Source: Lepidodermella squamata (lineage: Eukaryota; Animalia; Gastrotricha). Taken from it: 64,000 nt of DNA. Position 1 is the stretch's first letter. The number at the start of each line of letters is the position of its first letter. The notes under the pieces are model-generated. The model worked only from the letters and a program-made list of their open reading frames with translations, was not told the origin of the DNA and searched no databases. Of the stretch, positions 44,066 to 57,809 are shown piece by piece. The position numbers and the translations under genes were made by a program. Location of the stretch: NCBI GenBank assembly GCA_047495785.1, contig JBLDXI010000054.1, forward strand, positions 3,100,001 to 3,164,000. Direction: 5' to 3'.

Positions 44066-45211
44066 CAGAATATGATGTACTGCTATTATAATAGCTGATT
44101 GAAACAGCAGCAATACAATTGCGCGCTGTCCTCAATTATCGTTTTTTATTTATCAGGTACAAAGATGCGGATATTTACTAAACAACCGAGCTGTTGTAGG
44201 CGCGAAGGAAGCTGCAGAAGAAGAAGAAGAAGCCGGCGAATTGATGGCGCACCGCGCCGTGTACGAAAGCATATTGCTCGCTCACTTTGCGCGTCAAGGG
44301 CGCGTCGAGATTTCAGCAGGTTTTTCGCGGCTAAAAATAATAAATAATAACACCTTGTTTTATTAAACACTTGCGGCTTCCTGTTATTACGCACCTATAT
44401 ATAAAATGCAACAAGAAATGAGGCTTTAATATATTACAATCAAATATAGTGTCATGCAAAGTTAGGATATTGATAATAAGGTTTCTCGATATATTAATTT
44501 CCCCCCAGTTGGATGCGGTGGCGCCTTAATCACGTCCACCTTAATGTAAAATTAGTCGCTAAAATAGCATCATGGCAGAGCTGAATAGAACGCCGACAAA
44601 AAGGGCGTGCTCTCGGGTGTTTATATTGGATGTCTCATGAAAATGTGGCGTTTCTCGATGAATAATTTGGCTCAATAAACAGCATTATTAGAGGCGCAGA
44701 AACAGCCCACTTACAGGGCATATTTTTCGCCCTTGAAGAGGGTCGTTGATACAAAACAAATTGGCCGTGGCGCATGATATTACACTGTAGCGAAAAAAAT
44801 AACTCATATTTTTTAGCCACCGGCTAAAAATTATTTGCATAGATCACGTGTAACGTAGCAGGTACATCGATTTGATGATATAAATGACCGATGCGTGTTT
44901 TTTTAACCGCGAATAATTGAATATACGAGACAGAAATTCCTGTGCATAAATATTTTATTGAAAGCATGCTCGACCCCGCCTTGATGCTATCGAGATTTTT
45001 GCCGTGTTTACTTGTTTAGCTGAGATGGTAAGAAGAATTGCGTTTCCTTATTGTGGATTGGGCGAAAACACGCAGCACTTTCCTTGAGCAAATATTTTGC
45101 AGGTATCAGGCATTGCAAGCATGAATGGGTAAGACGAGCCCCTACCTGATCATCCCGTTGTAGCCAATGTTATTTGACTCATTCAAAATTCCAGGCTCAG
45201 ACATAATCAAC

Positions 45212-45414
45212 ATGGAGATCAAATTTTGGTACGGCGACAAAACAGCAACTGCGACAGAATAGCAAATGCGACAAAACAGCAACGTTTTTATTTAACAACG
45301 CGACAAAACAGCAAAAACTTACTATGTAACAGGTGCATCAAGTTTCTGCTGTTATGTCGCAAGTTATAAAAATTTGCTGTTTTGTCGCGTTTGCTGTTTT
45401 GGCGGTTTCTCCAT
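45212..45414. mobile_element. Small foldback/MITE-like element
   Basis: TGGAGA...TCTCCA ends with repeated GCGACAAAACAGCA units mirrored as TGCTGTTTTGTCGC. Confidence 0.7.
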
Positions 45415-45524
45415 AATTTTAATAAAATTTAAAAAAATCCAGCTTAATTTTCTGATATTTTGTTTTATTTTTTTTTATAAAATTATTACGTGAGCAATTA
45501 AAAACAACTGATTTCGAATATTTT

Positions 45525-46942
45525 TCATCGACGGAAATAAGGCCTGAATTTGCGTAAATTGTACTGACGAAGGCGGATTCGCGGCAAAAAATCGTCAAAT
45601 CTCATCGACGGCAGTACTTGCTTTCGTTTCACGTAGAAGTATCGGCCCGGCTTGTTCGGGCCATAAACGCTGTCCAAATCGCGCTTCATGTCATAGCCGA
45701 ACAGTTCGTAATCCATCTTGTACTTTGCCAAGGCCCGCTCGACAAGTTCACGTGGAATTTTGCGCAACTCTTTGTACCGCTCGTCGTGTTCTTTAGCTAT
45801 AGGCGGACGGGCTGTTAGTAGCCTCGGCAATTGAACGCTTCGATTGCCTTCGAAAACCATGTTTCGCATGAAGTAATGCAGTTCGGTATTGATATTCTCC
45901 AACCGGCCGATAAAATCGTACTTCATAGCACACATGAAGCAAACTTCATGCATTGGTTTCCTGAAAAAAAATTAAATTTCAAATTTCAAAATTTTCAAAA
46001 TTTTTACCAATGAGGATCGTAATTCCGAGTAGGTTGAGGATCGTAAGCAATATATCTGAGAAATTCCTTCAAAGTAACAGGATAGCCTTTCTCGATTTCC
46101 GCAATCGTTGCGTTAGGCCGATACGCTCGAATGATTTTCTGGCCATGCCGCTTCGCGAAAATCAGATTACCCGAGTACAATTTATCGCGCCAGGCCGAGA
46201 GAAGGCGTTCGAGAGGATTCCGCGTGAATACCATTTTCTTGTAACGCCTCAAAGCTCGCATAGCCGCGCGTCGAGTTAATTTCGACATCATTTTCACGCT
46301 ATCCATGCCGGTTAGATTTGTATGAACGTGAAGACTGGCGATGTATTCGTCACTTTGCCACGGTTCACTGAGTTTTACCAAATATTTCAACAGATTCCTA
46401 GACGCAACTTTTGGGATACTGTAAATGCCAAAATATATGCCACGAAAATTGGGAAATTTTGAAAATTTACTGGCAATATACTATTCCATTTTTGTCGTTG
46501 ACATGTAAATGAGTCCTCCACCATTTAGGGCTGAAACATAATGATTTAAAGCAATTTTGGGTGAATTCACTGTTAACTTACCCTTGTTTTGACGGAGCTG
46601 TCTGATTTTGCCGTAAATCTTGGTAAAGTTTGCGCCATCTCATCGCCTTCAAAACTTTGCCCTCGTCACTGCTATCGAAACTCTCCTTCCAGATGAGCTC
46701 AGGCGTTGCGTCGCACGTGTCTTGAACTCGCTCCTTCCTCTTTTCGTTATCTGTACGGTAGGGGTCGAACATTAGCATCTGTAAAGTATAAAAAAATTAA
46801 GAAAATGGGGGGAAGATATTGAATTCACCTGTGGAACTTCGATGAGGCGCATGACTTCCCCCCTTGCCGGGCGGTAAGCTCGAAACGCGCCTACAAGCAT
46901 TTGAAACGACCCGCCAAGGGCCAATAGGAATAGCAGTATCAT
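45525..46942 (-). CDS. Carbohydrate sulfotransferase (CHST8-14/HNK-1ST family), copy 2
   Basis: YCHIPKVASRN, RNPLERLLSAW, YDPHW, CFMCAMKYDFIGRLE, YKMDYELFGY. The start codon is uncertain. Confidence 0.85.
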
Positions 46943-48072
46943 AGGTAAAGAGTCTAGAAAGAGATTTAACAGCGTTATTTTCTTGATGATTGCAGTAAAT
47001 TGTATTATCTGAACAGTTATATCTCTTTTGGAGGTTTACTTGCCAACTTCAAGGGCCTTTTCATTGTTGTGTTTGAAACACTTATGCGAAGACATTTTGC
47101 GCATAAATAAATAATAATATAAATATTGTTTTCAAAATAGAAACCAGTAGAGAGGTAGATAATGGAGTGAAACAGAAGAAAGCTGTCTAATTTGGCTGGT
47201 CGTTCATAAGCTGCTTTTGAACGCAAGTTTTAGTTGTACAATTGCGCAGTTTTTTCTTGTTGCGCGCGCGCGCAGTCTATTGTAACGCGCTCGGAAATGG
47301 AGACAATGAAGAACGCGATGGTGGAAAATGCGCAGTGATAAGACCGCAGAGATACGCTGCAGCAGATAACAGTCGACGAGTTGTCTTATTTCGAAGATCG
47401 CACACGTTCATAGCTTACAATTTTTTTAGATAGAGAGCGCTTCACGGTTCAAAGTTAGTTCATGTTCATGTTCATGTTCAAAGTTAGTAAAATAAGAAAA
47501 ATTTACTCTTGAGAACTAATATGACTCTTTAATGTAAAATGACTCGATTTACTGCAGATCAAAGCCGAAAAATTCACAACAATTTCGCGAAGTGTTAGTA
47601 AAACAAGCCTAACAACAATGTTTACAAGTCAGGTTTGGGGTTTTTTTTCATCAATTTTGCCAGAGGATTGACTTTGGAAATATCCGAAGCTAAAACAAAC
47701 GTCTAGCGTCAAAAATTGTTGTGCACCATGAAGGACGTTTCTACTATATAGGAAATGGCATTAGAAATGAACGCCATGAGAATTGTAACGGGCCTTCTTT
47801 TGTTAGGAATCGCTTATAGCGACAACGCAGACTTTTTTGAGACGGCGGACAACACAAGCAAATTTAGTCGAGTGTAGTGCTTTGGTTGCTGGCTTCTTTG
47901 CCAAGTCACGTTCTCTCGTTGCTTTCTGTTTATGTCAAAAAAGTTCATGATTGCAAGCAAGCCAAAGAAACAACAAACGTTTTTATCTTACTACATATTT
48001 TACTTTATTCAATTTATGTAACTCTTGTAGCTAAACAGTTTTCTGAATCCTTATGATTTTGTTTCCTTTGAA

Positions 48073-49209
48073 TTAATTTGAGAAGCAGTAAGGCTCGCGG
48101 TCGCGGGTCTTTCCGTAGAAAGATCCACGGTTCGGGGTAGTATCAGCGTAGTAGCCCATAACGCCACGGGTAGAATCGTCGCAGGTGTCGCAGAGGCCAT
48201 TCTGGAAGTCTTCCATGGACGCGCATTGGCAGAAGCTGTAAGAGCAGCCTTCCTTAGGATTGATGGTCGTCGAGAAGACGAAGGGAGCACGGTAGTGAGA
48301 GCATCCGAAAAAGTCCTTGATCATCGAAGAGATAGACCCTGTTAAAAACCTCGAATCAACTCCATTCAACCGGAAAAGAAACAACTTACATCCGTAATCA
48401 AGGGATCCATCAGCATCACGACGACGCCTGGTTGCGCAACCAGGTTGGCGCAAAGCGTTGTTCAACTATATAGGTCACATGATTAGGAGTGACAGGGATA
48501 ATATGAGGATAGAACTTACGAAGTAATCAGCATGGCCAATAGATGTCTGAAGACCAACCCATGAGCTGTGGTAGACATCGACGAAATCAGCATCAGACTT
48601 GTCAATGCGAGCCTCAGCCTCGGGCTTGTCGAAGTATGGCATAGCCGGGTCGAGGCCGGTGAGACGGGCCAAGCTGCCGGTGGTGAGGGACTTGGCGAAG
48701 AATGAGCAGACATGAGCGCCGAGGGAGAAGCCGATGCAGTGCGTGTTGCTCGGCTTGAAGTTGGGGTTAGCCTCCAAGAATTGAGTGATCAGACGGCCGA
48801 TGACTCGGGTGTTGGTAGCTGGCTGCGTGTACATTTTAACAACGCCAGATCCGAAAGCAGCGCCCTTCTCCCAATCGACCATGAGAGCGTCGACGTGCGG
48901 CTTCAGGATGGTGATGTTGCGAATGATTGGGACGTGGTATTCCTTGGTGTTCTCGAAGTTGCCCTTCAGACCGTGAGCGAAAACAACGAGTTCGTCCATG
49001 CGAAGTTCGTCACTGGATTTAATGATGCGCGCTGGTTCGTTGCCGCGGTAGAGGTACCACGTTGGCATGATCATGGCAGGTGACATCGGAAGAGGCATTC
49101 CGCTGAACGGGGCGTCATTGGAGAAGCAGCCAATTCCTTCGTAGCAAACGCTTTTAGCTTCGCTTGCTGCAACAGCGACGGCGAGGCACAAAACAATCTT
49201 GGCTAGCAT
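48073..49209 (-). CDS. Secreted pancreatic-lipase-family enzyme 1 (no PLAT domain)
   Basis: Signal peptide, VCYEGIGCFS, GFSLG, GLDPA, DADFVDVYH, QPGC..CSH, PYC end. Three exons. Confidence 0.92.
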
Positions 49210-50326
49210 GATTTTCTTTAACTATGAATACCCACTGCTTAATTTTCCCCTCTCTCTGGGTGATTTATATACCGGGTCCGGTTTTTTGAGTCGTGACTCG
49301 TGACTTATCTGGTTTAACTAGGCTATCGCGTGAAATACGTTTTCGCGCTATAGCTGTTTTTTACGTCAGCGTTTCGATGAGAATAGGAAAAACGTAGCCA
49401 GATGCTGTCGCACGAGTGCGACTTGCCAGCAAATTATGGGCTAAAAAACGGTGGCAAGTGGGAGTAAAAAACTCGTTGCGGAAAGTCGTGACAAGACTCT
49501 GGAACTGAATCAAATGCACTGGCATGACCTTTCAAATGGTAGTTACGAATTGCAACATGAATTATCCGGATTTGATGATTTTTGACTCCGTATAACAACC
49601 ATATCCGGGTGTTATCAGCGGAATTCGTCCTACAGCCCGCTATCCCGGCCTTTGCCAGCGCCCCGACCCTGCATTCTTTGCGTTTCAGGCCGATATTCCT
49701 CCGATACACACCCGAAAAGAAGCTGAACAACTCAAAGAGGACGCGCTCAAGAGGTTCTCAATATATATTAGAAAACGCCCTTTAGTTATTAACACAATAG
49801 AAAAATTTGGAATTACTTCGAAGTAAGAACGGGCAAAAACTCAATTCCAAATTTCCAAACTTCCTGAGTTGTGAGCTCTTGAAGGTGCCACCAGGATTTA
49901 TCTTTGGCCAACTTGGCAACTTGGCTACACCTTTCTTGTCCTAAATCTGAACTTGTCCTGCAATTATATGTTGTTTTCCTTAACATTGTCAAGCTGCCCT
50001 CTCTTGGGCGTATGAGCTTTCAAATAAATAAATAAGTAAAACTTGGCAACAGAACCACTAATATGTATGAGTCCTTGCTGCGCTGAATCTCAACAACTGG
50101 GTACCGCAACAATTGGGTAAAAATTCAAACGGCTCTGTTGATGGAAAACTGCGTTAGAGTCGATTTCGGCGTTACCATGTCACCATAGCTCAAACAAATC
50201 ATAATTGCCCGGGGGCTATTTTATTTTTCATCTTCAGAAACTAGTTTTACGCTGAAACACAAACCGAAAATCCTTAGCTCAATAAGAGGCTGGGAATCAG
50301 ATCAGGTATAGAATGAAAAGTCAAAG

Positions 50327-51460
50327 TCAGAAAGTTTGTATACAATACGGGGCCTTGCTAGTTGTTTTGCCGTAGAAACTTCCTCGATTCGGGTTTTCCA
50401 CTGACCAATATCCGAGTTGCTGCGCTTCCGCGTCGCTGCAGGTATTGCATTTGCCTTTCGAGTATGCCTGCTTCGACTCACAAGGGCAGAATTTGAATGC
50501 ACAAGGAGTATTGATGGACTCAGCATAAAGATAAAGAGCTCGGAAATGGGAGCAGCCAAGAAAATCTTTCGAGATGTCAACTGTTTGAAGGCAAATTTTA
50601 GTTTGAAGTGAAGCTCTTAGAAGACATCACTTACTTCCAAAGACCTGTCTACGCCTGCGAGATAAGCAGCCCGGCTGACGGTTAGCATCATTCACCTAAG
50701 GGAAATAAGGTTATTTCGACCTGTACCATTCCTATCGGAAAATAATTCTAACCCAAAAATCGACATGTCCGACTGGGATCTGAAGACCGCACCATGAAGT
50801 GTGAACTACATCGACGAAGTCAGCATCACCTGAATCAATGCGTGCGGTGGCATTCTTCTTATCAAAGTTGGGATTAGCAGGGTCCAGAGCTGTGATTCGG
50901 GCTAGTTTCCCATTGTTCAAAGATTTTCCGAAAAAGCCACAAACATGCGAGCCTAGGGAGAATCCAATGCAGTGAGTCTTCGATGGCTTGAAGTTGGGAT
51001 TCCCCTGTAAGAAGTTTCGGATCATCGGTCCAACAACACGAGTGTTGCTAGCTGGTTGGGTGTACAGATTTAGGCCAAAACCGTTAGCAGCTCCTCGTTG
51101 CCAGTCCACGAAGATAAGATCAGCCTCAGGCTTGATTTCGGACAGCTGCTTCATGATATTCTGCAGACTGTCATCGTTTGTCGCCCATCCACCGTTCCAT
51201 CCATGAATCGCCAGGACTACCTCATAATCCATTGCTATATCTAAGCTTGAATTGAGGAGTCGGGGTGGCTGGTCCCCACGCTCATGGAAAAACCTGAGAG
51301 CAATATTTTCTGGGGCAGTCGGCAAAGGCAGATCTTTGAACGGAGCCTCGTTCGAAAAGCATCCGAGATTATCATAGCAGACTGACTTGGCAGCTTCAGC
51401 CAAACGTTCACGAATGATGATGAAACCGATACAAACTACGAACAAAGTCACGTTAGTCAT
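50327..51460 (-). CDS. Secreted pancreatic-lipase-family enzyme 2
   Basis: GFSLG, ALDPA, spliced QPGCLSRRRRQVFGIDISKDFLGCSH, ends APYCIQTF. Three exons. Confidence 0.9.
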
Positions 51461-52022
51461 TTTACTTAATCCCAACAACTTTGAAGGCTTTCTGTTAGAC
51501 TTATTTTATACTGAAAGCTCAACAGTTTAGCGTGGGTTCGTCGTGCTTGTCCTGTCTCAAAGCAGTTCATTTCGCCAGACATTTTTTATCAATTTGACTA
51601 CCTCACGTCCAATCTTTATAGGTTAAACGATAACTTGGGTCTCACGTATTAGCGCGAACTGTTGGTGTAGTACCATTATAAACTGGGCAAGAGTTCCAGA
51701 AACTTCTATTGCTGATAACGCATCGGCAGTTTACCTATGTTATTCATAGGAATAGCCATTGCAACCTTATAAACTTATACATTATGTAGCATTGACCATT
51801 GACCCAGCTGGGCGATTTGTTAATGTTGTGAAAAGTTTTATAGGACTCTCAGAAGAAAAATGAATTTGTTGCTCTCAGCTTTATTTCATTTCATGCAAGA
51901 GATTTTTGAAATTTAAATTCAGAATAAAATGTTACTTCAATGTTCAATGTATGAATGTTTGAATTGAATAAGCCGAAGAAGTGGAAAGCCTAGATGTTGA
52001 AACTAAAGCTCCGCCATTCCCA

Positions 52023-53091
52023 CTATTTTTGAACGCAAAACGGATGGGATGCCGACGTTTTGGCATAGAAGGCTCCACGGTTCGGATTCAAGATTGACCA
52101 CTGCCCGACTTGCTGGGAGACCGACGCGTCGCAAGGATTGCATTTACCCTTGGAAAATAGCTGTTTAGACTCGCACGGACAGTAATTCAAGGAGCAGGTA
52201 TCTGCTCCGTCAAAAGAGGCTGCATAGACATAGAGAGCTCGGAAGTGAGAGCACCCGAAGAAATCTTTCATTGGATCAACTGAAAGATAAACAATTAAAT
52301 GATCGATCAACACAAGAAACGAATGAAAACATACTGTAAGACTGCCGGCGTCTGCGGGTCACGCATCCAGGCTGAAGATTGGCTTCGTTTACCCAGAAGT
52401 CAACGTGGCCAACAGCCATTTGCAGACCACACCAAGATGTGTGGATAACATCGACGAAGTCAGCATCACCCGAGTCAACTCGGGCAGTGGCATTATTCTT
52501 ATCGAAGTTGGGATTAGCAGGGTCTAGAGCTGTGATCCGGCCCAATTTTCCCTTGGTAATCGATTTGCCGAAGAAGCCGCAAACATGCGAACCAAGGGAG
52601 AAACCGATACAATGAGTTTTTGACGGGTTAAATTTCGGATTCGCCTCCAAAAACTGTTTGATCATCGGGCCAATAACGCGGGTATTACTGGCTGGTTGGG
52701 TGTACAAGTTGAGTCCGAAGCCATTCTCAGCACCTTTCTTCCAGTCGACAAACAAAAGGTCAGCCTTAGGATTTACCTTTTCATGGCTGCCGAAAATCGC
52801 ACGGTAAGCATTATCACTATCCGAAAAACCACCATTCCAACCGTGAGTTGCAAGTATGATTTGATTCATTTGGAGGTTCAAACTGGTATTGATCAGTTGA
52901 TACTTGTCATTGCGGAACATGTAAAATTTCGGCGCGATCTTTTCTGGCGCCATTGGAAGCGGCAGGTCGTTGAAAGGGCTTTCATTTGAGAAGCAGCCGA
53001 GGTTGTCGTAGCATTGGGTTTGGATCTTGGCTGCCATAGAATACCCAACGGCGAATACCGAGAGAACGAGGAGGTTTATATTGAAATGCAT
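52023..53091 (-). CDS. Secreted pancreatic-lipase-family enzyme 3
   Basis: GFSLG, ALDPA, QPGCVTRRRRQSYIDPMKDFFGCSH. Two exons. Confidence 0.92.
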
Positions 53092-53779
53092 TTCTTCTTG
53101 ACAATAGGAGAGGCGAAATATTATGTGGCACTGATGCAAAATGACCGTAAAAGCTCGTTTTTTATAGACAGTGTCTGTCTTTGAATCGCAGCAGCAAAAA
53201 CGGTGTGGTGCAGGCGTGAGAAAGAGGGTGCGATAATATTTCGACCCTGCTCTCCGGTTTTTTTGCGCTGCGAAGCGTCTTATCTCCGTGTCTAATCGTC
53301 TACAGTTTTTAGTTCGAGAGATAACAAAATTTTGGCTTCATTGGCTGGCAACTGAACTATTCTAGAAACTTCACTTCCTCGTTACCCGAATGGAGTTCGC
53401 GGTTGATGGCTCACTACTGAAACTGAACTTTGACCTTTCCAACCTCCCAATTTCGACAATGCTGAGTTCTTCAAGGTACAGACTTTTTAAGCAGTGTACG
53501 AAGTGTACAGAGTGAGTGAAGGAATCCAATCCCTAGCTCGGGAGGTCTGGGCAAGAAAACCCTTCGGTCCGAAAATTCGGGAAAATTCGGGCCCCCTATC
53601 GAGATCAATGTTTTTTAGCAAGTTAAGACATACAACCTCGGGTTAACCATAATTCATTCATTTTATTCTCCCAATTGTAAAAAAATATATTAGTGGGGCT
53701 CACGAAGAATTAACACAGAGTGGTACAAATAAGCACGGGAATTGAGCACTTTGATGAATGTTCTCCAGCGACTTCCGCC

Positions 53780-55038
53780 TCAGTGGGCTTTGTCGAATTT
53801 CTCAAATTTCATAAGATCCTCTGTTTTTGATCCATAGACGGCCTCGTAGATATCAGCTCGATTGAAAGAGACCAGTAGATGCGTGTGGGTCGGCAGTAGA
53901 CTCCGCTTGATGAGCTTGTACCGCAAAGAATTGAGGCCGTCAAAGTGCATTCGTTCGCTTGTTTGGCCCATCAAAATGCGACCTTTGTCGTTCCAAGGAT
54001 TGAGGCTATCCGCCGAATGCCGAATCATTTTGTACAGATAGTACTCCTTATTCGGGGTATTTATCGGAATTTTGTATAACCTCAGCCTCGTCCGCATTTC
54101 TTCATCTTCGGCACCTGTATAGATGAGATTAGTATAAATTACGAACGATTGATTAAACACTCACCCCAACCAAAAAAGACAGTCGAATAACCATTGACTA
54201 GTTCGAACAGCCTTCGAGAAATTGACACAACGCCGCCGAACAAGACATCGGTGCCGCCCCATGGTTTGTACCCGAATTTGTCAATATATTCGCTCAAATG
54301 AAGCGGTCTATCTTGGCATTCGTACAGAGCTCTATCATCCTCAACGAATAGATCAACATCGTGGAAAATGAAGCAATTAAACGGCCTCGCGGTTTCGTAC
54401 TTCGAAGACTCGACAAAGGCGATATTCATCAGCAGAGCCTTGTTAAAAGTGTCATTACCGTCTTGTTCAACGACAATTATTGTATAGTCGGATCTTTGCC
54501 GTTGCAGAATAGGATGAAGGTGACTTATCAACGCCCGCAGTTGATTAGATCGATTTCGATAAGGAATAATTATGGCGATCCGGTCGGGGAATTCAGGAAT
54601 ACAGCTTTCGGGCCTAAATTGCCCCCCAGGCTGCAGATTCGGATTTGCGGCAGCGATTTCTTCGAAAGACGGCGAGGCAAAATCAACAGCTAATTTTCCG
54701 ACCAAGTTATTACGTTCGCAAAAGGTTTTAAATCTGGTAGGTGAAGGTGAACTCGGCTCGACAATAATTTGTTCTGATGGCTCAGTTGTAGTATCATTTG
54801 ACAAATCTTCCACTAATAGCGTTTGGGCTGTAGTTGAGGCAGGTTGCTTCAAAGATTCGGATAAATGGCCTGAGCTTGACTTTTGCATAAATACTGGATA
54901 CGGCATGTCGTTACTGGGGTAGAATGTCTTTAGTACGAAAGGCAGAAACTCGAATAGCAGCATTGTGCTGATGATCATAACGAGGGCTGTCCGCAAATAC
55001 CGAACAGGTAGCAAGCGAGCTCCTGAGGATAGTGTCAT
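53780..55038 (-). CDS. GT7 beta-1,4-Gal/GalNAc transferase-like
   Basis: Type II anchor, IAIIIPYRNR, FNKALLMN, FHDVD, FGGV, NGYS..FGWG/AEDEE across one intron, YKMIRH, DGLNSL. Confidence 0.92.
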
Positions 55039-56800
55039 CCTATGAGCGCAAATTACGGGTACAGTTCATAATAAAAAGTCATCTCATATATAATGACCTA
55101 GACGCAAAAAAAGCATTATACGAAGGTGTTATTTTCATCAAGTAGACGAGTAATTAATATGCTCTCTCAGCACGAAGTTCAACCGGCCGATCGTGTGCTT
55201 CACCCAAACTCGTAACGCTCTGATAACATCGCGTAGGTTGAAAATCGTCAAAAGAGACTAGTGTTGTGTGGTTTGACTATAAAAAGCAGCACTGAAGAAA
55301 AGGAGGATTGGCTGCGGAGAAGTTCACAAGAACAGCTGGCCCAGTTGTTTCTTGAGTAGCGATTGGAAACGCACACATCGTCAACATTTTATCAGGAATT
55401 ACTGCGAGTGACCAGCAGCGAATTGTTATCTTATCTATAAGTCATATCATAAGGTTACTGTTATTGTTTACTAGCCCTTTACTAGTAATGGGGATAACAG
55501 AAATTCCTATACCTTGATTTGAAAGATTTTTAAGGGAAGAGAATATATTCGAGGTTTATTAGTATCAGATTATCACACAGTCATATATCACTGCACAATT
55601 TCAACACTCGAGATAGAAAAAAATCGATGCGCTCCTAAAAATTATGCCTATGCACATTATCGTTCTTAAATTAAGTATATCATCAAGCTTGGTCAACATT
55701 TATAGCACAGGTACTGCTCACATCAAATATCAGAGCCTCACAAATAAAAACAGCACGTTACATATACCTGATTTTATCTCCCCTATGCGCTTGCTAAAAA
55801 GCCTTATAAATCAATCGAAAATTAGGGCGGGGAGTTTTACATGATGATTGGATTCAAGAATAAAAATCTAGGGTTGATGTAAATTTGAGAGGGACTTTGC
55901 GTGACTTCTAACATAATGTAATTCCTCAAGAGATTTTGACTGGCAGGAAAAAATGTATAGACAGCAAGAAGTCAAGTATCTTCCTATTATTATTATTGCT
56001 TTTCCAATTATTTTTACCTATTAGTGGAATGATAGGCTGTTAATGGATGGGCCAGCGGTGGTTAAACGCACTGGTCTGAATGTAGTGGAATAGCGCTCAT
56101 CCGGGCCTCTATACATGACAGCTGAGTTTATTCAAACACATGCGCTGTATATTAGAGATTATGGTCAATGCTTAATTGAAGCCTTGGCGAGCCAAAGCGA
56201 TGTTATATACTAATTATGACCGCGTGATAGCAGTCATCAAGCGGTCATTTTCCATTCAGAAAAACCACTATGGTCACGCCCATTAGGACTATATCAGTCA
56301 TGAAGCCGAATTAATTCTTATAAAAAAAAGTTGCTCCAAAACCATTAAAACTTGAAAAAAATTTCAGTATTTATGAATGGAATGGCGGCCGTTGAAACGA
56401 GGATGCAGCGATTGATTGTGGATCTCGATAAATATGCGATTTTCAGAACTTTCATCCTGTCGAAATTATAATGGAAACCCTATTTATTCGTTATCCATGA
56501 CTTCCTATTGGTTACTGGGGGTTACTGGGTGATGCGAAACCTTGTTAATATTTTGTTCAAATATTCATTTTAGAGCCGATAAACACATCAATGCAACAAG
56601 TTGGATAAGTATATAACTGATACAACATAAATATTGACGTACGAAGGGAAAACTTTCCGCGTTATAATAACTTTTCCCTCGCATAACAATTCCGCTTCGC
56701 TGTATATCGCCTATTGCCTACTTTTATGATTAACGGAAAAACTCGTTAACATGATTTGTTTTATTTATTTCGTTCATCGTTCACTGGATAATCAGTGGCA

Positions 56801-57809
56801 TCATGGGTGCGGTGAAAGGCCCAACTCAATTTCTCGAAGAGCCTTTCGGAACTCGGCTGAAAAGTTAGATTTTATCGACTGGAGCTCCTCTTCAATTCCT
56901 TGAGAACTGAAAGAGTACTTCAAATCGAGGGCAGTTATCACGTCATTATCGTCAAATTTCGTCGAATTTTGGTTCGATTGAGACAGCAGTTTTTCGGCCG
57001 CTCTCCTTTCCCGCCAGGCTCGCATTGGGTTTGCATTGAGAGACTGGCTCCTTTCGCGGCGAAACGCCATTGAATCCATGTTAGCGTCTCGTAGAATTCC
57101 GTCGTTGAAAGAAACCGCTCGAAACCTAGGAGCAGGGTTTGCTTCGTAGGAAATGAAAGGGTTGTTCCGAATGTAGGGACTTGACGGCTTTTGAACATGA
57201 GGTAACGGTATGCCTAATTTGCATGACAAGTCATCGTCCAAATCCGCAGATTGGCTGCTTATCAAAGTCGCCGGCGTTTCAGGTCGTTCGATTGGCGGGA
57301 ATAGAACACTCGGCCTGATGCCTGATACCGGTCGGCTCTCTATTGAATATCGGCGGCGGGATGAAGGCCGCCGGGAAGAGCTCATGTCGTTCATAATAGA
57401 CGAATACATCAACTTATTTGGGTAGGTATTGGCACGCCGCCTTGCCGTATTGATAGGGCAGGGTGTCTTTGATGACCTGTTCGCTTGTTCAGACTCTTCC
57501 ATGGCTTCCTCAGATGGTTGATCCGGGATGACTGGTGGTATCTTACTGATGACGATTGGACTGAACGTGCAGATACGGCTTCGAGGGGTGCTGCAGCTGC
57601 TGATTGTTGGCGAGATGCATGTGCCGAGTTTAGACGTGTAAATTGCTGAATTATTATACGGTGACATGACTAAGGAATCTAGGATGTCTTGCTGCCTACA
57701 AAACAATTAGGAAGAATGGTGTCATTCATTTTAGGAAGACTTGTTCATACCTCTTTTCAAGACAATCCAGTGTAGCTCCTCTTCCTCCCATATTTCGCAA
57801 GGGATACAT
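56801..57809 (-). CDS. Uncharacterised Ser/Pro/Arg-rich, probably disordered protein
   Basis: Exons 57809-57751 and 57695-56801 splice in frame (about 317 aa). Many RRxS/RxxS motifs and no recognised domain. Confidence 0.65.

Noticed and set aside
47447-47488. (GTTCAT)n tract between GTTCAAAGTTAGT direct repeats
   Set aside because: Explained by simple slippage or a tiny retro-insertion scar; no further structure.
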